In this document: positions 24,799 through 36,459 of the stretch, piece after piece
Numbering within the stretch: position 1 is the stretch's first letter
How the letters are laid out: every line of letters begins with the position of its first letter
NCBI RefSeq assembly: GCF_964194155.1
Contig: NC_135899.1
Location: 10,230,001-10,294,000 of the forward strand
Origin: Cetorhinus maximus
Taxonomy: Eukaryota
Length of the DNA stretch: 64,000 bases
Direction: 5' to 3'
The notes under the pieces: generated by a model
Told to the model about the DNA's origin: nothing
What the model saw: the letters and a program-made list of their open reading frames with translations, nothing else
The model's database searches: none
Made by a program: the position numbers and the translations under genes

Positions 24799-25303
24799 GA
24801 TTACTCTGATTGCTATTCTTGGCAAACAGCAGGCTTTTACAAGAAAGGTTAATTAAGCAGTTGAAAAAAAAAACTGTCAAACTTTTGACCTGGCTGAACT
24901 GTACACAAAAAGGGTCACATGGGTTTTATGGCTCTGAAAAATAAAACATGACTGGAAAACTGTTTCTTAAAAGTAGTTTTTAGTTTTGCTTTGCAAAGAG
25001 AAGAGCCAACTGCTTGAGAAGGAAGACAGCACCCTTTTTCAGTCCGGAAGGGACCATAGCAGGAAGTGAATATAAGCTGCTCCTCAGATGCTCTACATGC
25101 TGGAATAGAGCATCCTTAATTATTCCATGAGTCCATTTGCAAAGCAGTGCCATCGTCATTGATTGATTCATGCATCAGTGCTGAGAAATCAACCGTATAA
25201 CCCAAGCACGATTTCAAGAGTTCCACTCTTTATCCTTTGCCTTTGAACATTGAATTTTATCTTTTGGCCGAATTCCTTCATTCCTATAGCATTTTCATTC
25301 GTA

Positions 25304-25333
25304 TGTGTGTGTGCTTGTGTGCGTGTGTGTGTT

Positions 25334-25374
<41 letters not shown>
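25304..25374. repeat. Compound (TG)n(GA)n microsatellite within LTR
   Basis: Directly visible. Confidence 0.95.
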
Positions 25375-26647
25375 CTTAGGGTATCTCGAAAGAGATTTTA
25401 GTACAATTTAATATTCCATACCGTATGTTGATAAACTTTGCCCTTCTATTCCACAAGAATGGTTTCAACAGAAACCAATAAGTTTGTTGTTTATTGAAAG
25501 AAGCCTGGGATATCTTTTAAGTTGAGTACCAGTCGTTAGGGTAAACAATTGGCCACGTCGGTGAGCAAATTGATCTTTGAAACTATTGGTATGACCTGGG
25601 GAGTAGTGGGGCTAGAGCAACTGCGCAATACTCCCATCCCAGTCATAACACACTGGTTTATCGTTAAGTGCTGTTTCCAGTCCACTTTTGCTGAATTACA
25701 CCTCAGCATACTGAAATTGGCCTTGCCCCAATTTAGAATTTGAGCTCTCATTCCATTTTTGTCCTTTTCTGTAATTTTGTTAAAACTAGCTGAATTATGA
25801 TCAGCATCACAAAAATTCTCTCTCACTGTCACTCCTTCCACACCAGCTTTATTTCCTAAAACTAACGCCAAAACCACACCCTTGTTGGACTGGCTACATA
25901 CCTGCCACAAAGGTTTTCCTTAATGTACCCTTAGAATTCTGTTCCCTCCATTCCTTTCACATTAAAACGATCACAGTTACATTGGGGTAGTTAAAATTCC
26001 CTACTATTACTGCCTTTTTCTTTTCACTTCATAGAGATTTGCCTACATAATTGCTTTTCTACCTCCCTCTGACTGTTTGAGGGTCTACATTCCGAGTAAC
26101 GTGACTGCCCCTTTTTTTGTTCCTAAGCTCAATCATATGGCCTCAATAGATGATCATTCAACGTATCATCCCTCCTCATACCCAAATTGCTTCTCTAGCC
26201 AAAATTGCCGCACCCCTTCCCTTTTCATCATCCTCTCTATCTCGTCTGAAAGCCCTGTTATCAGGAATGTTGAGCTGCCATCCCTGGCCCTCTGTAAACC
26301 ATGTTTTTGGAATAGCGATGATATAATGCTGCCATGTTTCTATTTGTGTCCTCCGCTTGTCTGCTTTATTTGCTATACTCCTTGCATTGAAGTATATACC
26401 CCTGGCCACAGCCACACTCTTTTGTTCCTTTAGAATCTTTTGTTGCCTCTGCCTCCCAGGCTCACTCATTGGATTTCTACCTTCCACTACCATTTCACAT
26501 TTATATTACTCTTCGACAATATTGCATTAAATGTCAAGGTTGCATATAAAAAGTACAACCTAGTCCCCAGGCCTGGAGAGATTACTTGCAAGCTATAGGC
26601 TGCGTGTCTGGCTGAGGGTTTCTGACTTACCCTGAGAGAGCCACACA

Positions 26648-26900
26648 TAAGAACATAAAAAAGGAGTAATAGCCAGATCATTCGGCCCCTCGATCCCATT
26701 CAATCATTCAATACAATTCTGTTTGATCTTCTGTCTCAACTGTAATTTTCCGTGCAATTCCCATATCGCTTGATTCCCTGAGTGAACAAAGATCAGTCTC
26801 ACTCACCCTTAAATATTATCAGTGATAAAGTATCAATGGCCCTCTGGGCTAGGGTATTCCAAAGATTCACAGACCTTTGAGTGAAGACATTTCTCCTCAT
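26648..26900 (-). mobile_element. CR1 3' tail fragment
   Basis: cataagaacataa tail and ttcggcccctcga hairpin region. Confidence 0.75.
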
Positions 26901-27024
26901 CCACAAACCCCAAGTTTCAATGGAGTCGGTCACCTATGTACCTGCAGCTCCTGACTAACCTGTGAAAGCCATACCTTAAAGTGGTAACGGGTACTCTTTT
27001 TGTACGATCATACAAGCTTGCTCT

Positions 27025-27590
27025 GTAACAACAGCAGCAATAACTTGTATTTATGTAGCACCTTCAAAATATTAGAAACTTCCAAGGCTCGTCACAGAAG
27101 TGATATAAAGCAAAGAAATCATTGAAACGAAGCCACATAAAACAATTGAGGGATGTAGATTTTAGAGAGCATCTTAAAGGATGCAAGAGAGGTCGAGAGG
27201 TGTTGGGGGAGGAAATTCCAAAGGTTCGGGCCCCAGCAGCTGAAAGCTTGGCCAACAATGGAGGAGAGACTAAAATCAGAGACACGTTCAAGCCTTGCGC
27301 CTTTTTTGAAATTGCTGGCAGCTTGGGGAGGCTATAGTTCCTCCTTGCTTTCTCCATGGCAACACCTCAGCCAAACAGAGTCGATTTGCCAACCAATCAG
27401 CAACCTTCCCTCCCTATGTATAAATTGTTGTGATCGTTTGAAATTTGTCATTCTTCCATTTGTCCGGATGAGTGCAAGGCAAAAAGCTTCAGCAACATGT
27501 CTCTAATTCAGCAACATTCAACATCTGAGATGTTGGAGTGGCCAGAAGTAGAGAAGGGCAGGTGTTATGGAGATTTGTGGGGTCACGTAT
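27025..27590 (-). mobile_element. L2-like 3' fragment, shared with the paralogous intron (40285-40625), interrupted by a pLTR at 27292-27520
   Basis: aacagcaataa...agca...aa.atattagaaa..tccaaggc at equivalent positions in both TRIM copies; TTCAA direct repeat flanks the pLTR. Confidence 0.55.
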
Positions 27591-27992
27591 TGCATAAACT
27601 GGAAAATAAGCTGCAGCCGAATTTTTAATGTCACCCGGCTTCTAATACTTTCAGACTTTGTTTTTGTTCTTAATGAGTTTTAAATATAAAACATCAAGTG
27701 TGTGGGCTAAATGTTATCTTCCCCTGTAATTTGCGGTATCCCGATAACTAACCTGTCATAAGAGCATGATTTTATTTTTCTTGACAAAGTTGTTTCCATC
27801 TCTACATTTGCATTTCTAATTTATGTTTTGCTCTGTTATAGAAACAATATTAACGTTTCACTCTGTACTACATTGGCCCTATCATGATAAATGCCGAAAG
27901 GTAGGGGTGTTAGGATGGCTTGATCAGTTAAATAACTTCTTAAATATTCCAAAAAAGGTGAATTTATAACATTAACTGTTGAATATTTACAG

Positions 27993-28108
27993 GATTAGTG
28001 CTAAGAGTCACACACTCTCAGTAACAGGCGCCGCCCTGTCTATCGGAAAGTTCAATGGACCTTTACAGTACACAGCGTGGAGAGAAATGATAGATGCCAT
28101 TAACACCG
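27993..28108 (+). pseudogene. TRIM copy 1 exon 5 (116 bp linker)
   Basis: ttacag|(R)ISAKSHTLSVTGAALSIGKFNGPLQYTAWREMIDAINT|gtaaaa. Confidence 0.9.
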
Positions 28109-28502
28109 GTAAAACTCCTATATAAATTTCCTGATATTCAATGCAGCTGTGAAGGGATTAAAGGAGATCCAAGGCCCCAGACTAAATACTCATTTCCAGT
28201 TGCGAATTCTCCAGAGGACCTGTTTTCAAATTTTGTTTTCCTCTTCATACCCCTGGGAAGTGGCTGAAGCCATCAGTACAGTGTGTCAAAGAATGAAGTG
28301 GATCAGCATACCCAAAGGAATAGTTCAAGAATTTCAGTATGTTGTAGCTAATCCGTAGAAGAGACTGGTCTTGCTCCTTTTGGAGTTTTGGTGAATATTT
28401 TATGTATGTGATATCATTAGAGAGACTGTGTTAAAAGGCAACTAATTTGATGGATCAAAATAGACACCTTAATCAAAATTGTCTGAAGAGGAGTCAGTGA
28501 CA

Positions 28503-28855
28503 TGCAGGTGATGTAGTGGGAATGACACTGGACTAGTAATCCAGACACCTAGGCTAATGTTCTCGTGCACGGTTCAAATCACACCACAGCAGCTGGTGGA
28601 ATTTAAATTCAATTAATAAAAAAATCATATATGAAATTTAGCCTCCGTAAAGGTGACCATGAAACTATCAGAACATTTTGTAAAAGCCCATCTGGTTCAC
28701 TACTCTGGATATCTGGCCTACCCCTGACCTCAGCAATGTGGTTGACTCTTACCTGCCCTCTGAAATGGCCTGGTTCAAGGGCAATTAGGGATGGGCGACA
28801 TTGTTGCTGGCCTTGAGATCGACGCACACATTCCAACAAATAATAATAAAATAAC
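28503..28855 (+). mobile_element. tRNA-Thr-like SINE (head + tail of tRNA-headed LINE)
   Basis: Anticodon stem-loop CTGGA-CTAGTAA-TCCAG at 28528-28544, B box GGTTCAAATC, junction ctgaaatggcct|ggttcaagggcaattagggatggg, (taa)n tail. Confidence 0.85.
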
Positions 28856-29419
28856 AAACTTTGACTCTGCACTGCATAAGGGAGGGAGTGTGAGGATCTT
28901 ATTGGAGTGTTCGAGATTCTAAACGGAACAGAGAAGATGAACATTCATAGGTTTACCACAGTTGCCAAGTCCAATGCAAAGTAGTGATGTTGTCAAACTT
29001 AGAAGCGGGAGACTGGGGGTGGTGAGGGATGTGGTGGGGGTGGTGGTGCAGGGCTGTGAAAAGCAGTTTAGATTGAGAGAAGTTGATTTTTTAGTGACAA
29101 CTGCTTGACCTAAGAATTTAGTCAGAGATCCAATCCTTTCTGAGGAATTTCAGTACAATATTGCTGGTCAGTTATCTGTGGGTTTCTGGCATGCGAATTT
29201 GATCGGTCGTTCATGAGGAAGGTGGTGGGAGACAGGAGCTCCACAGACTCCTTGGTTGAGGAGTTAGGAGGCGCATCAATTTACAGGAGTGGTGGTGGGG
29301 AGAGGATGTTGGGGCGGGGGGGGGGGGGGTGGTGGCGGCGTCGGGGGGGGAGGGGGGGGGGCGCTGCTTATCCCAGTATCTTGGCCAATGTTTATCACTC
29401 AGTCAACATCACATGTTTG

Positions 29420-31010
29420 TGCATGTTTCAGAGTGTGGGAGAGGAAGGTCAGGGTGTGAGAGCAATGAGGAGAGAGAGCAGAATGGGAGGAGAGAAAAAG
29501 CAGGTGCAGAGCAAGAGAGTGGGAGTCGGAAGGGAGAGAGAGAAAGAGCCGGAGGGGGTGGAGTGAGAGTAGGAAGGTGAGGGGATAGAAAGAGCATAGG
29601 AAGTGATGGGGAGAGGAACGGGGAGGAGGGGGCAGAAAGAGAGCAGTAGGGGAGGGAAGAGAAAGAGACCAGAAGGGGGAAGGGAGAGAAGACAGCAGGG
29701 ATGTAAGGAGATAGTAAGAGCAGGAGGGGTGGAGAGAGGGTAAGCAGGAGCATGTGGGCATGTGAGAGAGCGGAATGGAGAGGCGGGGGGAGCAGAATGG
29801 AGAAGGGAAAGAGGTGATGTGGGCATTTGCAAGCTGGAAGGGCGGGCAGAGGAGGGAATAGCGGGTTGGGAAAGAGAGGAAGTGCAGAGCAAGTGTGTGG
29901 AAGGGGAGAGGAGGGAGGTGATAGAGGGAGAATAGGGGGCTGGGTGGCCATGAGGGTGAGCGTGGAGGGGCAAGAATGAGTGAAGGAGAAAGGGTCAGAT
30001 GGAGAGTGGCTGGGGAGAGAAGAATGTAACTGACTGGAGAGGAAAGAGAGCAGGGAAAGAACGGGGGAATGGAGGAAAGCAGAAGAGGAGATGAAATAAA
30101 GAGCTGGAGCATAATGTGGAGAGTGGGAGGGTAAGAGACTGCAGAAGGGGTGGAAAGAGTAGAGGGAGAGGCAGAAAGCGTGAGCACCAGGAGTGGAGAG
30201 CGCATGAGGAGTACAGAAGAGTGAGTAGGAGATGGAGGGGTAGGAGAGATTGCTAGAGGTAGAGGAGAGAGTGAGAGTTGGGTGGGGAGGGGTGAGAGAG
30301 TAGCAAGGGAAGGGGAAAGGGAGTGCAGTCATTGGAGCACGGGAAAGGGGGGTGAGTGAAGAAGCTGGAGGGGGAGGGTTTGCTGGACCACTGCATGGGA
30401 GGGGAAGGTGAGAGAGAAAATGGGAAGGGCAGGGAGAGCATTTGGCAACGGGAGCCTTGAGAGACCAAGGGGGTAGGGGAGATAGCATGAATGCACGGGG
30501 AGAGACATTGTGGAAGGGAGAACAGGAAGAAGAACCATCCACACTCTGTACCCTTCCATCCCACTCTCCTCCCCCCTCATCCCACTTTCCCCTCCCTCCC
30601 ATGCTCTCTTCCACACGCATCCTCTCTCTGTCTCTCTCACTGCACCCGCGCTCTCACACCCTCCCGTTTTCTCACTCTCCCCCTTCATTCCATTCTTCCT
30701 TCCTCCGCCCACTCCCTCCCATTCCCTCGCTCCCACCTTTCTGCACTCTGTCCTCTTTCATTCTCCTCCCTCTTCCCTGATTGTTCTCTCCCCCAGTTTT
30801 ATTTTACATTCTTGCTCTCTCTGTTAACTGTTCCTCTCCATCTGCTGCTCCCGCTCTCCAACTCCAAGCCCACCAAATGCACCCTCTGTCACACTCTCTC
30901 TGCATTCCTGCTTGCTGTCGTCTCTTCACTTCCCTCTCTATTTACCTTTCCATCTTTCACCTCCTCCCCTATCCATCACCCTCCTCCCTCTTTTCCTGAT
31001 GTTTCTCCCT
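29420..31010. repeat. Purine-rich tract switching abruptly (~30535) to a pyrimidine-rich tract; degenerate inverted repeat
   Basis: G/A-rich 29420-30530, C/T-rich 30535-31010, with short colinear reverse-complement matches. Confidence 0.75.
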
Positions 31011-31096
31011 CGTTATGATCTACCTAACCTGCCTCTCCATTGCGATTGATCCCCTCTCTCCAAATCACTGACTGTGTTATTTTAACTTTTCCCCAG

Positions 31097-31637
31097 CTCC
31101 AGCCTCTCTAACTCTGGATCTGAACACAGCGAATCCCTGGCTCATCCTGTCTGAGGGCTGGACCAGTGTGAGACTCGGAGACAAACGGCAGCCGCTCCCT
31201 GACACCTCGGAGAGATTTGACCCCTGGGCCTGTGTCCTGGGATCAAAGAGATTCACATCAGGGAGACATTACTGGGAGGTGGAGTGGGGGAGAAGACTGA
31301 ATGGATTGTGGGAGTGATCCGACAGTCTGTGAACAGGAAAGGAGGAATCGAACCAAAACCAGAGACCGGATTCTGGATTGTGGAGCTGAACCCTGGAAGT
31401 GGTTATTTTGCCGCCACCTCCCCCTCATGGACCCGGCTCACCCCGAGTTTGAAACCCCAGGAGATCGGAGTTTTCCTGGACTATGAGGGTGGACAGGTGT
31501 CATTTTACAATACGGACAACATGTCCCATCTTCACACTTTCACCCACACTTTCACTGAAATAATCTTCCCATTTTTCTTTCCGGGATCAAATGATGACGG
31601 GGTAAACTCGGCATCGCTGAGAAATCTGCGGGATTAA
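31097..31637 (+). pseudogene. TRIM copy 1 exon 6 (PRY/SPRY, B30.2)
   Basis: ccccag|[19 protein letters not shown]...[25 protein letters not shown], then a 1-nt deletion at ~31284, then [10 protein letters not shown]...GFW...[16 protein letters not shown]...HLHTF; probable extra A at ~31622. Confidence 0.95.
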
Positions 31638-33142
31638 AGGTCACGAACAGATCCATCCCATAATTTCACACCGTCTCCCTGCCTCCTGCCAGCTGTAAAC
31701 TGATGGGTGTCGGTCTCTGTCACACGTGGAGAGAGAAGCCAGGTTAACATTGTGGATATAAACCCTGTATGGGAACTGGGAACTGCAAGATCAGCGAGAA
31801 CCTCTGTAGGGCTGGGGGAAAGAAGGAGGGGGAGAGAAGAAACAAATAGAAGCTCAATTGTAGAGAGGAACTTACTGGGTAGAATGAGCTGTGAACTGCA
31901 GGAACCCGGTGATCTTCCTGCCTGTAATGTTGCTCCACAGGCGGAAGGTGGTGGAACATCAGCGTGTTTGAGATGAATCAGTTCAGTGATTCGCAAACTG
32001 GGGTCCGGGGAGTCTTTCCAGGGGGTCCAGGAAATAATTTCTCCAGAGGTTGAGAAGAGATAAAAAGGAAAATTATGAAGTGAACCGAATTAAAATAACA
32101 AGATCCCCGCTTTGTATAAATTCCCAGGAGTTAGTGTTATTCCTGCATGAGCAGCTGTCAAGATTTGCACCCCCAAACCTCCCGAATTCTCTCCCTTCTT
32201 CACTTGATGGATGTTTCGGCTGTCATGGTTTTCAGCGGTGAGTCTGACATTTCCTTTCGGTCGGAGGGGAGGGGAGGGGAGGGGAGGTGGGAGACCAGCT
32301 GCTGCTGTGATCCTCGGCTGTCTTCAATTTGGGCTCAGGCAGTGAGCAAGCGCCGTTATCATGCTGCCTGGCCTGCTGAGTATTTCCATCATTTTCTGTT
32401 TATATTAATCTCTAGTTGGTTTGTTTCTTGTAATCGCGATAAAACTATCAGTGTGATTTACTTCAATCTCTCACCATGTTTCAATAATGTAACTTGCTTG
32501 TATGTTTAAATAACACTGAGAACCTGGACTGGGTTTGTACAGGTCTGTAAGTATTGCCCAGAATGTCACACTCAAATTGGTACTCTAATAAAATAAGAGG
32601 GAAGGAACCCCATGTGTTTCTAGCAGGTTACTTTTATAGTAAAATAGGAACCTGCCTAGAGACTCTTTAAACATGCAAATGATGTGAGACTGCTGTGAGT
32701 ACTGATTTGACAGTCTGTCTGTATTGAACGTGATGTGTGGACTGTATCTATGCTTTTAACAGGTAATTTTAACCACGTGAAAAGCAGTTCAGTTGCAGCG
32801 CTGGAATGTTCGTGGAGTCACAGTTATCATTTCTCTTTGGTTTGTCTGGTCTGTCTCATCACTGTCTACGTCAGTGAAATAGTCCTTAAATCACGACTAT
32901 GTAATTACTTGTTTTATTAAAAGCATTATTAAAATACTCTTTGGATGTTACTTTATGGCTTTTATAGAGTGTTATACATTATAACTTACATTTGGCTCCA
33001 TGATTGATAATTTATTTGTAAAGTGGATCTTCAACAAAAAAAACCTGAGAACCGTTGGAATAGAAAGTTTTCTCAAAGAATGACTCAGCTCATAATTGAA
33101 TCCAAGAAGCAGAAAAGACACATCACATTTCTACCTCTCTTT

Positions 33143-33275
33143 AGTTCTAAAGAAGTCATTCGGACTCGAAATGTTAACTTTGTTTCTTTCTCCACAGATG
33201 TGGCCAGTCCTGCTTAGTTTTTCCAGCATTTTCTGATTTTATTTCAGATTTCCAGCATCTGCAGTAATTTGCTGT
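33143..33275 (+). mobile_element. Solo Penelope pLTR remnant with decayed hammerhead
   Basis: agttctaaagaagtc...gactcgaaatgttaact...tccacagatg...ttccagcatc, same motif as 34521-34660. Confidence 0.75.
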
Positions 33276-33844
33276 TACATTAGAAACTAAATATGCTGTT
33301 TGTTTTATTTATACTAAAACAGTCTGAATCCTTACAGCGCCCATTCCAAATTCAGCTGGGTGATTTTAGAAGCCTTCGGCTGGAGTAAATGGAGTGATAG
33401 TTGCCTGGAAATGGGACTGAAGTTTGTCTGGGACGTCAGCAATTGCCACCTTGGGTTGTGTTCTGAGATGGGCAGTGGAGATGCCATCCTGCTTTGGGTG
33501 GGTAGCAACGAAAAATCATAAAATGAAAAGGCACAGAAGATGGTCAATCGGCTCTTTGTGCCTGTAGAGGCACCCTAATAGAGCTATTCAACTGGTCCTC
33601 GTTCAGTGCCTTTCCCCCACAGCTCTGTATTTTCTTTTGTGTTTTATTTTGAAGTTTTCACCCAATTCCCTTTTGAAAGTTGCTGTTAAATGTTGCTTCT
33701 ACCACACAGGTAGGCAATGCATTCCAGATCACATCTGACTCTGAAAAACCCTCTTTCTCTCAGCCTAGTTGCATTTTCAAAACAAAAACACAAGTTGCTG
33801 GAAAACCTCAGCAGATCTGACAGCATCTGTGGAGAGGAAGACAG

Positions 33845-33884
33845 GGTTAACGTTTCGAGTCCATAGGACTCTTCATCAGAACTC
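33845..33884 (-). ncRNA. Minimal type I hammerhead ribozyme motif
   Basis: GAGUU-CUGAUGA-A-GAGUCC-UAU-GGACUC-GAAA-CGUU-AAC: intact core, 6-bp stem II, palindromic stem III. Confidence 0.8.
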
Positions 33885-34520
33885 CCAATGTGGTTTCCTC
33901 TACATTGGAGAGACCAAACGCAGACTGGGTGACCGCTTTGCAGAACACCTTCAGTCTGTCCGCTAACATGAGCAGGACCCCGCTGTCGCTTTCCATTTCA
34001 ACACACCACCCTGCTCTCATGCCCACATGTCCGTCCTTGGCCTGCTGCAATGTTCCAATGAAGCTCAACGCAAACTGGAGGAACAGCACCTCATCTTCCG
34101 ATTAGGCACTTTACAGCCTTCCGCACTTATTATTGAGTTCAACAACTTCAGGTCATGAACTCTCTCCTCCATCCTCACCCCCTTCTTGGTCCCCTTTTTC
34201 CTAGTTATATATAAATACCTATTTAAAAAATTTATTTCCATCCATTGTTTAATCTCCACCTTTTAACCTATTTCTGTCCCTTCCCCCCAACCCAACCCTA
34301 CTGTGGCCATTTGTCACTTGCTCATTCTGCTTTCGACCCTTAATGTCACCATTGGCACATCCTTTAGCTAATATCACTACCATCAACAACCATTTGTCCC
34401 TTTGTTTAAGACATCTTTGGCAATCTCTCCTTTGCCTCCATCTATCACTGGCCCTATATCCAGCTCCATCAGTCACCCCCCTCAACCAGCTTATATTTCA
34501 CCACATATCTAGTTTTCTCT

Positions 34521-34560
34521 GGTTCTGATGAAGAGTCATAAGGACGCGAAACGTTAACTC
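34521..34560 (+). ncRNA. Minimal type I hammerhead ribozyme motif
   Basis: GGUU-CUGAUGA-A-GAGUC-AUAAG-GACGC-GAAA-CGUU-AACU; one stem II mismatch. Confidence 0.75.
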
Positions 34561-34829
34561 TGTCTTTCTCTCCACAGATGCTGTCAGACCTGCTGAGATT
34601 TTCCAGCAACTTTTGTTTTTGTTTCAGATTTCCAGCATCCGCAGTATTTTCCTTTTATCTTTGTCCCATTTCCAACTACCTTACACCTGTATGCTCTGGT
34701 TGCTGAACCCTCTGCCAGTGGAAACGGTTTCACCCCATTTACTCTAACAAAACCTTTCATGGTTTTGAATTTCTCTATTAAACCTCCCCTTCAACTTCTC
34801 TGCGGAGGTTAACTGAATGGTTTAACATT

Positions 34830-35510
34830 TGACTATTGGCGCTGAGATCTGAGGGATTCACAGCATCAGGAAGAAACTATTGGGATGTGCGGGTGAGAAT
34901 TAAGGTGATTTGAAATGTGTGAATGGTTCGAGAATCCATTGACGGGAAATGGTCTGAAGTACCGGCTCGATAGTTTGGATCAGTATCCATATCATATCAG
35001 ATGGCGTGGCGGGGGAATAGAAATGAATATAAGGAATTTAACATTTCTTGGAAATCCATACACTTTATCTTCCACCCATCTCACCATGAGTGTGAAACTG
35101 CGAACGATGGGTGTGTACCTGGACTATGAGGACGGAGAGGTATCATTTCACATGGAAAGGCTGCGATGTGATGGGGTGTTGCCTGCTTATGGGAGAGCAT
35201 GGGAGATGTGGCCAATGGTGGTGAATGAAATCAGTGATTTGGAACAACAAGGATGCTCAAGTAAGGCTGGAAGTGAATAAAAGTCAAAGTGACTCGTCAC
35301 GATAAAGTTGCAAAGGCTAAATGGGTTTAAAGTTTACCTTGAACAGTGAAGTCAAAGGCTGATGGTAAATCAACAGCCGATGAAATGGGAGGCTGATGTG
35401 CTATTGCCTGCTTCTGGCTAACTGCCAAGACAAATTTCACCCCGTGTTACTACCGATCTGCACGGGTTCAAATGTTATCACTACCTTGAAGTTAAAAACA
35501 TTGTGTGGAA
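34830..35510 (+). pseudogene. Highly decayed orphan SPRY exon
   Basis: SEGFT.SGRNYWDVRV (~34848-34896), HLTMSVKLRTMGVYLDYEDGEVSF (~35077-35150), possible DKFHP C-terminus ~35430. Confidence 0.7.
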
Positions 35511-36459
35511 CAATTGAATTGGTATTTCACTATTTTAACATCATGAAATATATAGTTCTCTTCAATCTGAACATTAAGTCTGGGAATTGACATTGTTCTC
35601 TGGGGCAGTCTGCAGGACTGGCTCTCAGATTTGCCATCTAATGCCGCAAGTTAAATGCCGCTACTCCTCAGCGCCACTTTGTGTACCGTCCAGCGGGAAG
35701 GAAACACAGTCAGAGTCTGACCAACTGCCGAGTGCTGAGCCCCCAGAGTCTTTACCTGCGCGAAATTATCTTTATCACTGGGTGGCGTCAAATGTGTCAA
35801 CTTACTGATAACCACTTTTTAATGTGTCAAAGCATATGATTGTCAATTATCAATACATAAATCAGATCAAAATACAAAACAGTCATTGAATATTAACAAC
35901 CGAGGAATGTTGTTCACAGGGTCAACTCAGTGTAGTTTGCTGCCTTTGGATCCTGCATCAAAGTCTTGTGCAGTCTAACCCCAATCTAGTAGGCCAGTGA
36001 ATAGTCGAGGCGGACATTATCATCGCCAAATCTTCCATTGAAACACTGCAAGGTTCATCACATTGATCTGCACTTGTCATTAATTCGTACACTCAGATCA
36101 CGCCTACCCCAAATAGACATCAGGTAATATTTCCAATCATTTCCAATGTGACTGAATCCAGCCTTCATGAAATTAGGAGCCGGTGCTTTCTGGGATCGAC
36201 ATCCCCACGACATTGATTCTAAAGAAGACAACTGGGTTAACATGATTCATAGTCAGGTCCAAAATCCGCGAGTTTTACAGCGTGGAAGGAGGCCATGCGG
36301 CCCCTCCTGTCACTGTCAGCTTTTTTTAGAGTGCTACCCAATTACTCCTGCTTTCTGTTCTTTTCCCATAAGCCTGCACCTCACCCACCTCCTGCCCTCC
36401 CCCCACCCCCACTCCACCCTCCCTGCCCCGCACAGAGAGATTCTTTGCAGTGGGGAAAA

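Larger units (their letters stand above)
21691..25650 (+). mobile_element. Solo LTR split by a CR1 insertion
   Basis: TGTCATGA...TCATAACA termini, TSD CACT at 21687-21690 and 25651-25654; LTR sequence at ~21691-21830 and ~24800-25650. Confidence 0.82.
19448..26450 (-). mobile_element. CR1 LINE (segments 19448-21690 and 25651-26450) hosting nested insertions
   Basis: RT/3' part in 19448-21690, APE part in 25651-26450 (IYFNARSIANK); sequence continuous across the insertion. Confidence 0.88.
16895..31637 (+). pseudogene. TRIM E3 ligase pseudogene (RING-B-box-coiled-coil-PRY/SPRY; TRIM39/TRIM69/A33-like), six exons
   Basis: Exons 16895-17302, 17393-17488, 17580-17813, 19179-19201, 27993-28108, 31097-~31637 with typical 96/234/23/116-bp internal sizes and compatible phases; lesions: TAG at codon 6, TG acceptor at exon 2, two frameshifts in last exon. 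Confidence 0.9.
33779..34660 (+). mobile_element. Short Penelope-like element: inverted pLTR, GIY-YIG fragment, pLTR; inserted in a minus-strand CR1 tail (33530-34805)
   Basis: SQCGFLYIGETKRRLGDRFAEHL...KLEEQHLIFRLGTLQP; ~105-bp inverted repeat 33779-33882 vs 34522-34623. Confidence 0.92.

Noticed and set aside
28503-28590. tRNA gene calls for A/B-box sequences
   Set aside because: No complete cloverleaf or acceptor stem; they are SINE/LINE heads
29399-31018. Long ORFs up to 403 aa, rich in Pro/Ser/Leu
   Set aside because: Artefacts of stop-poor low-complexity purine/pyrimidine tracts inside an intron; no domain signature
31707-31976. 89-aa ORF conserved with 50824-51045
   Set aside because: Similarity reflects a duplicated 3' flank; indels break the frame between copies
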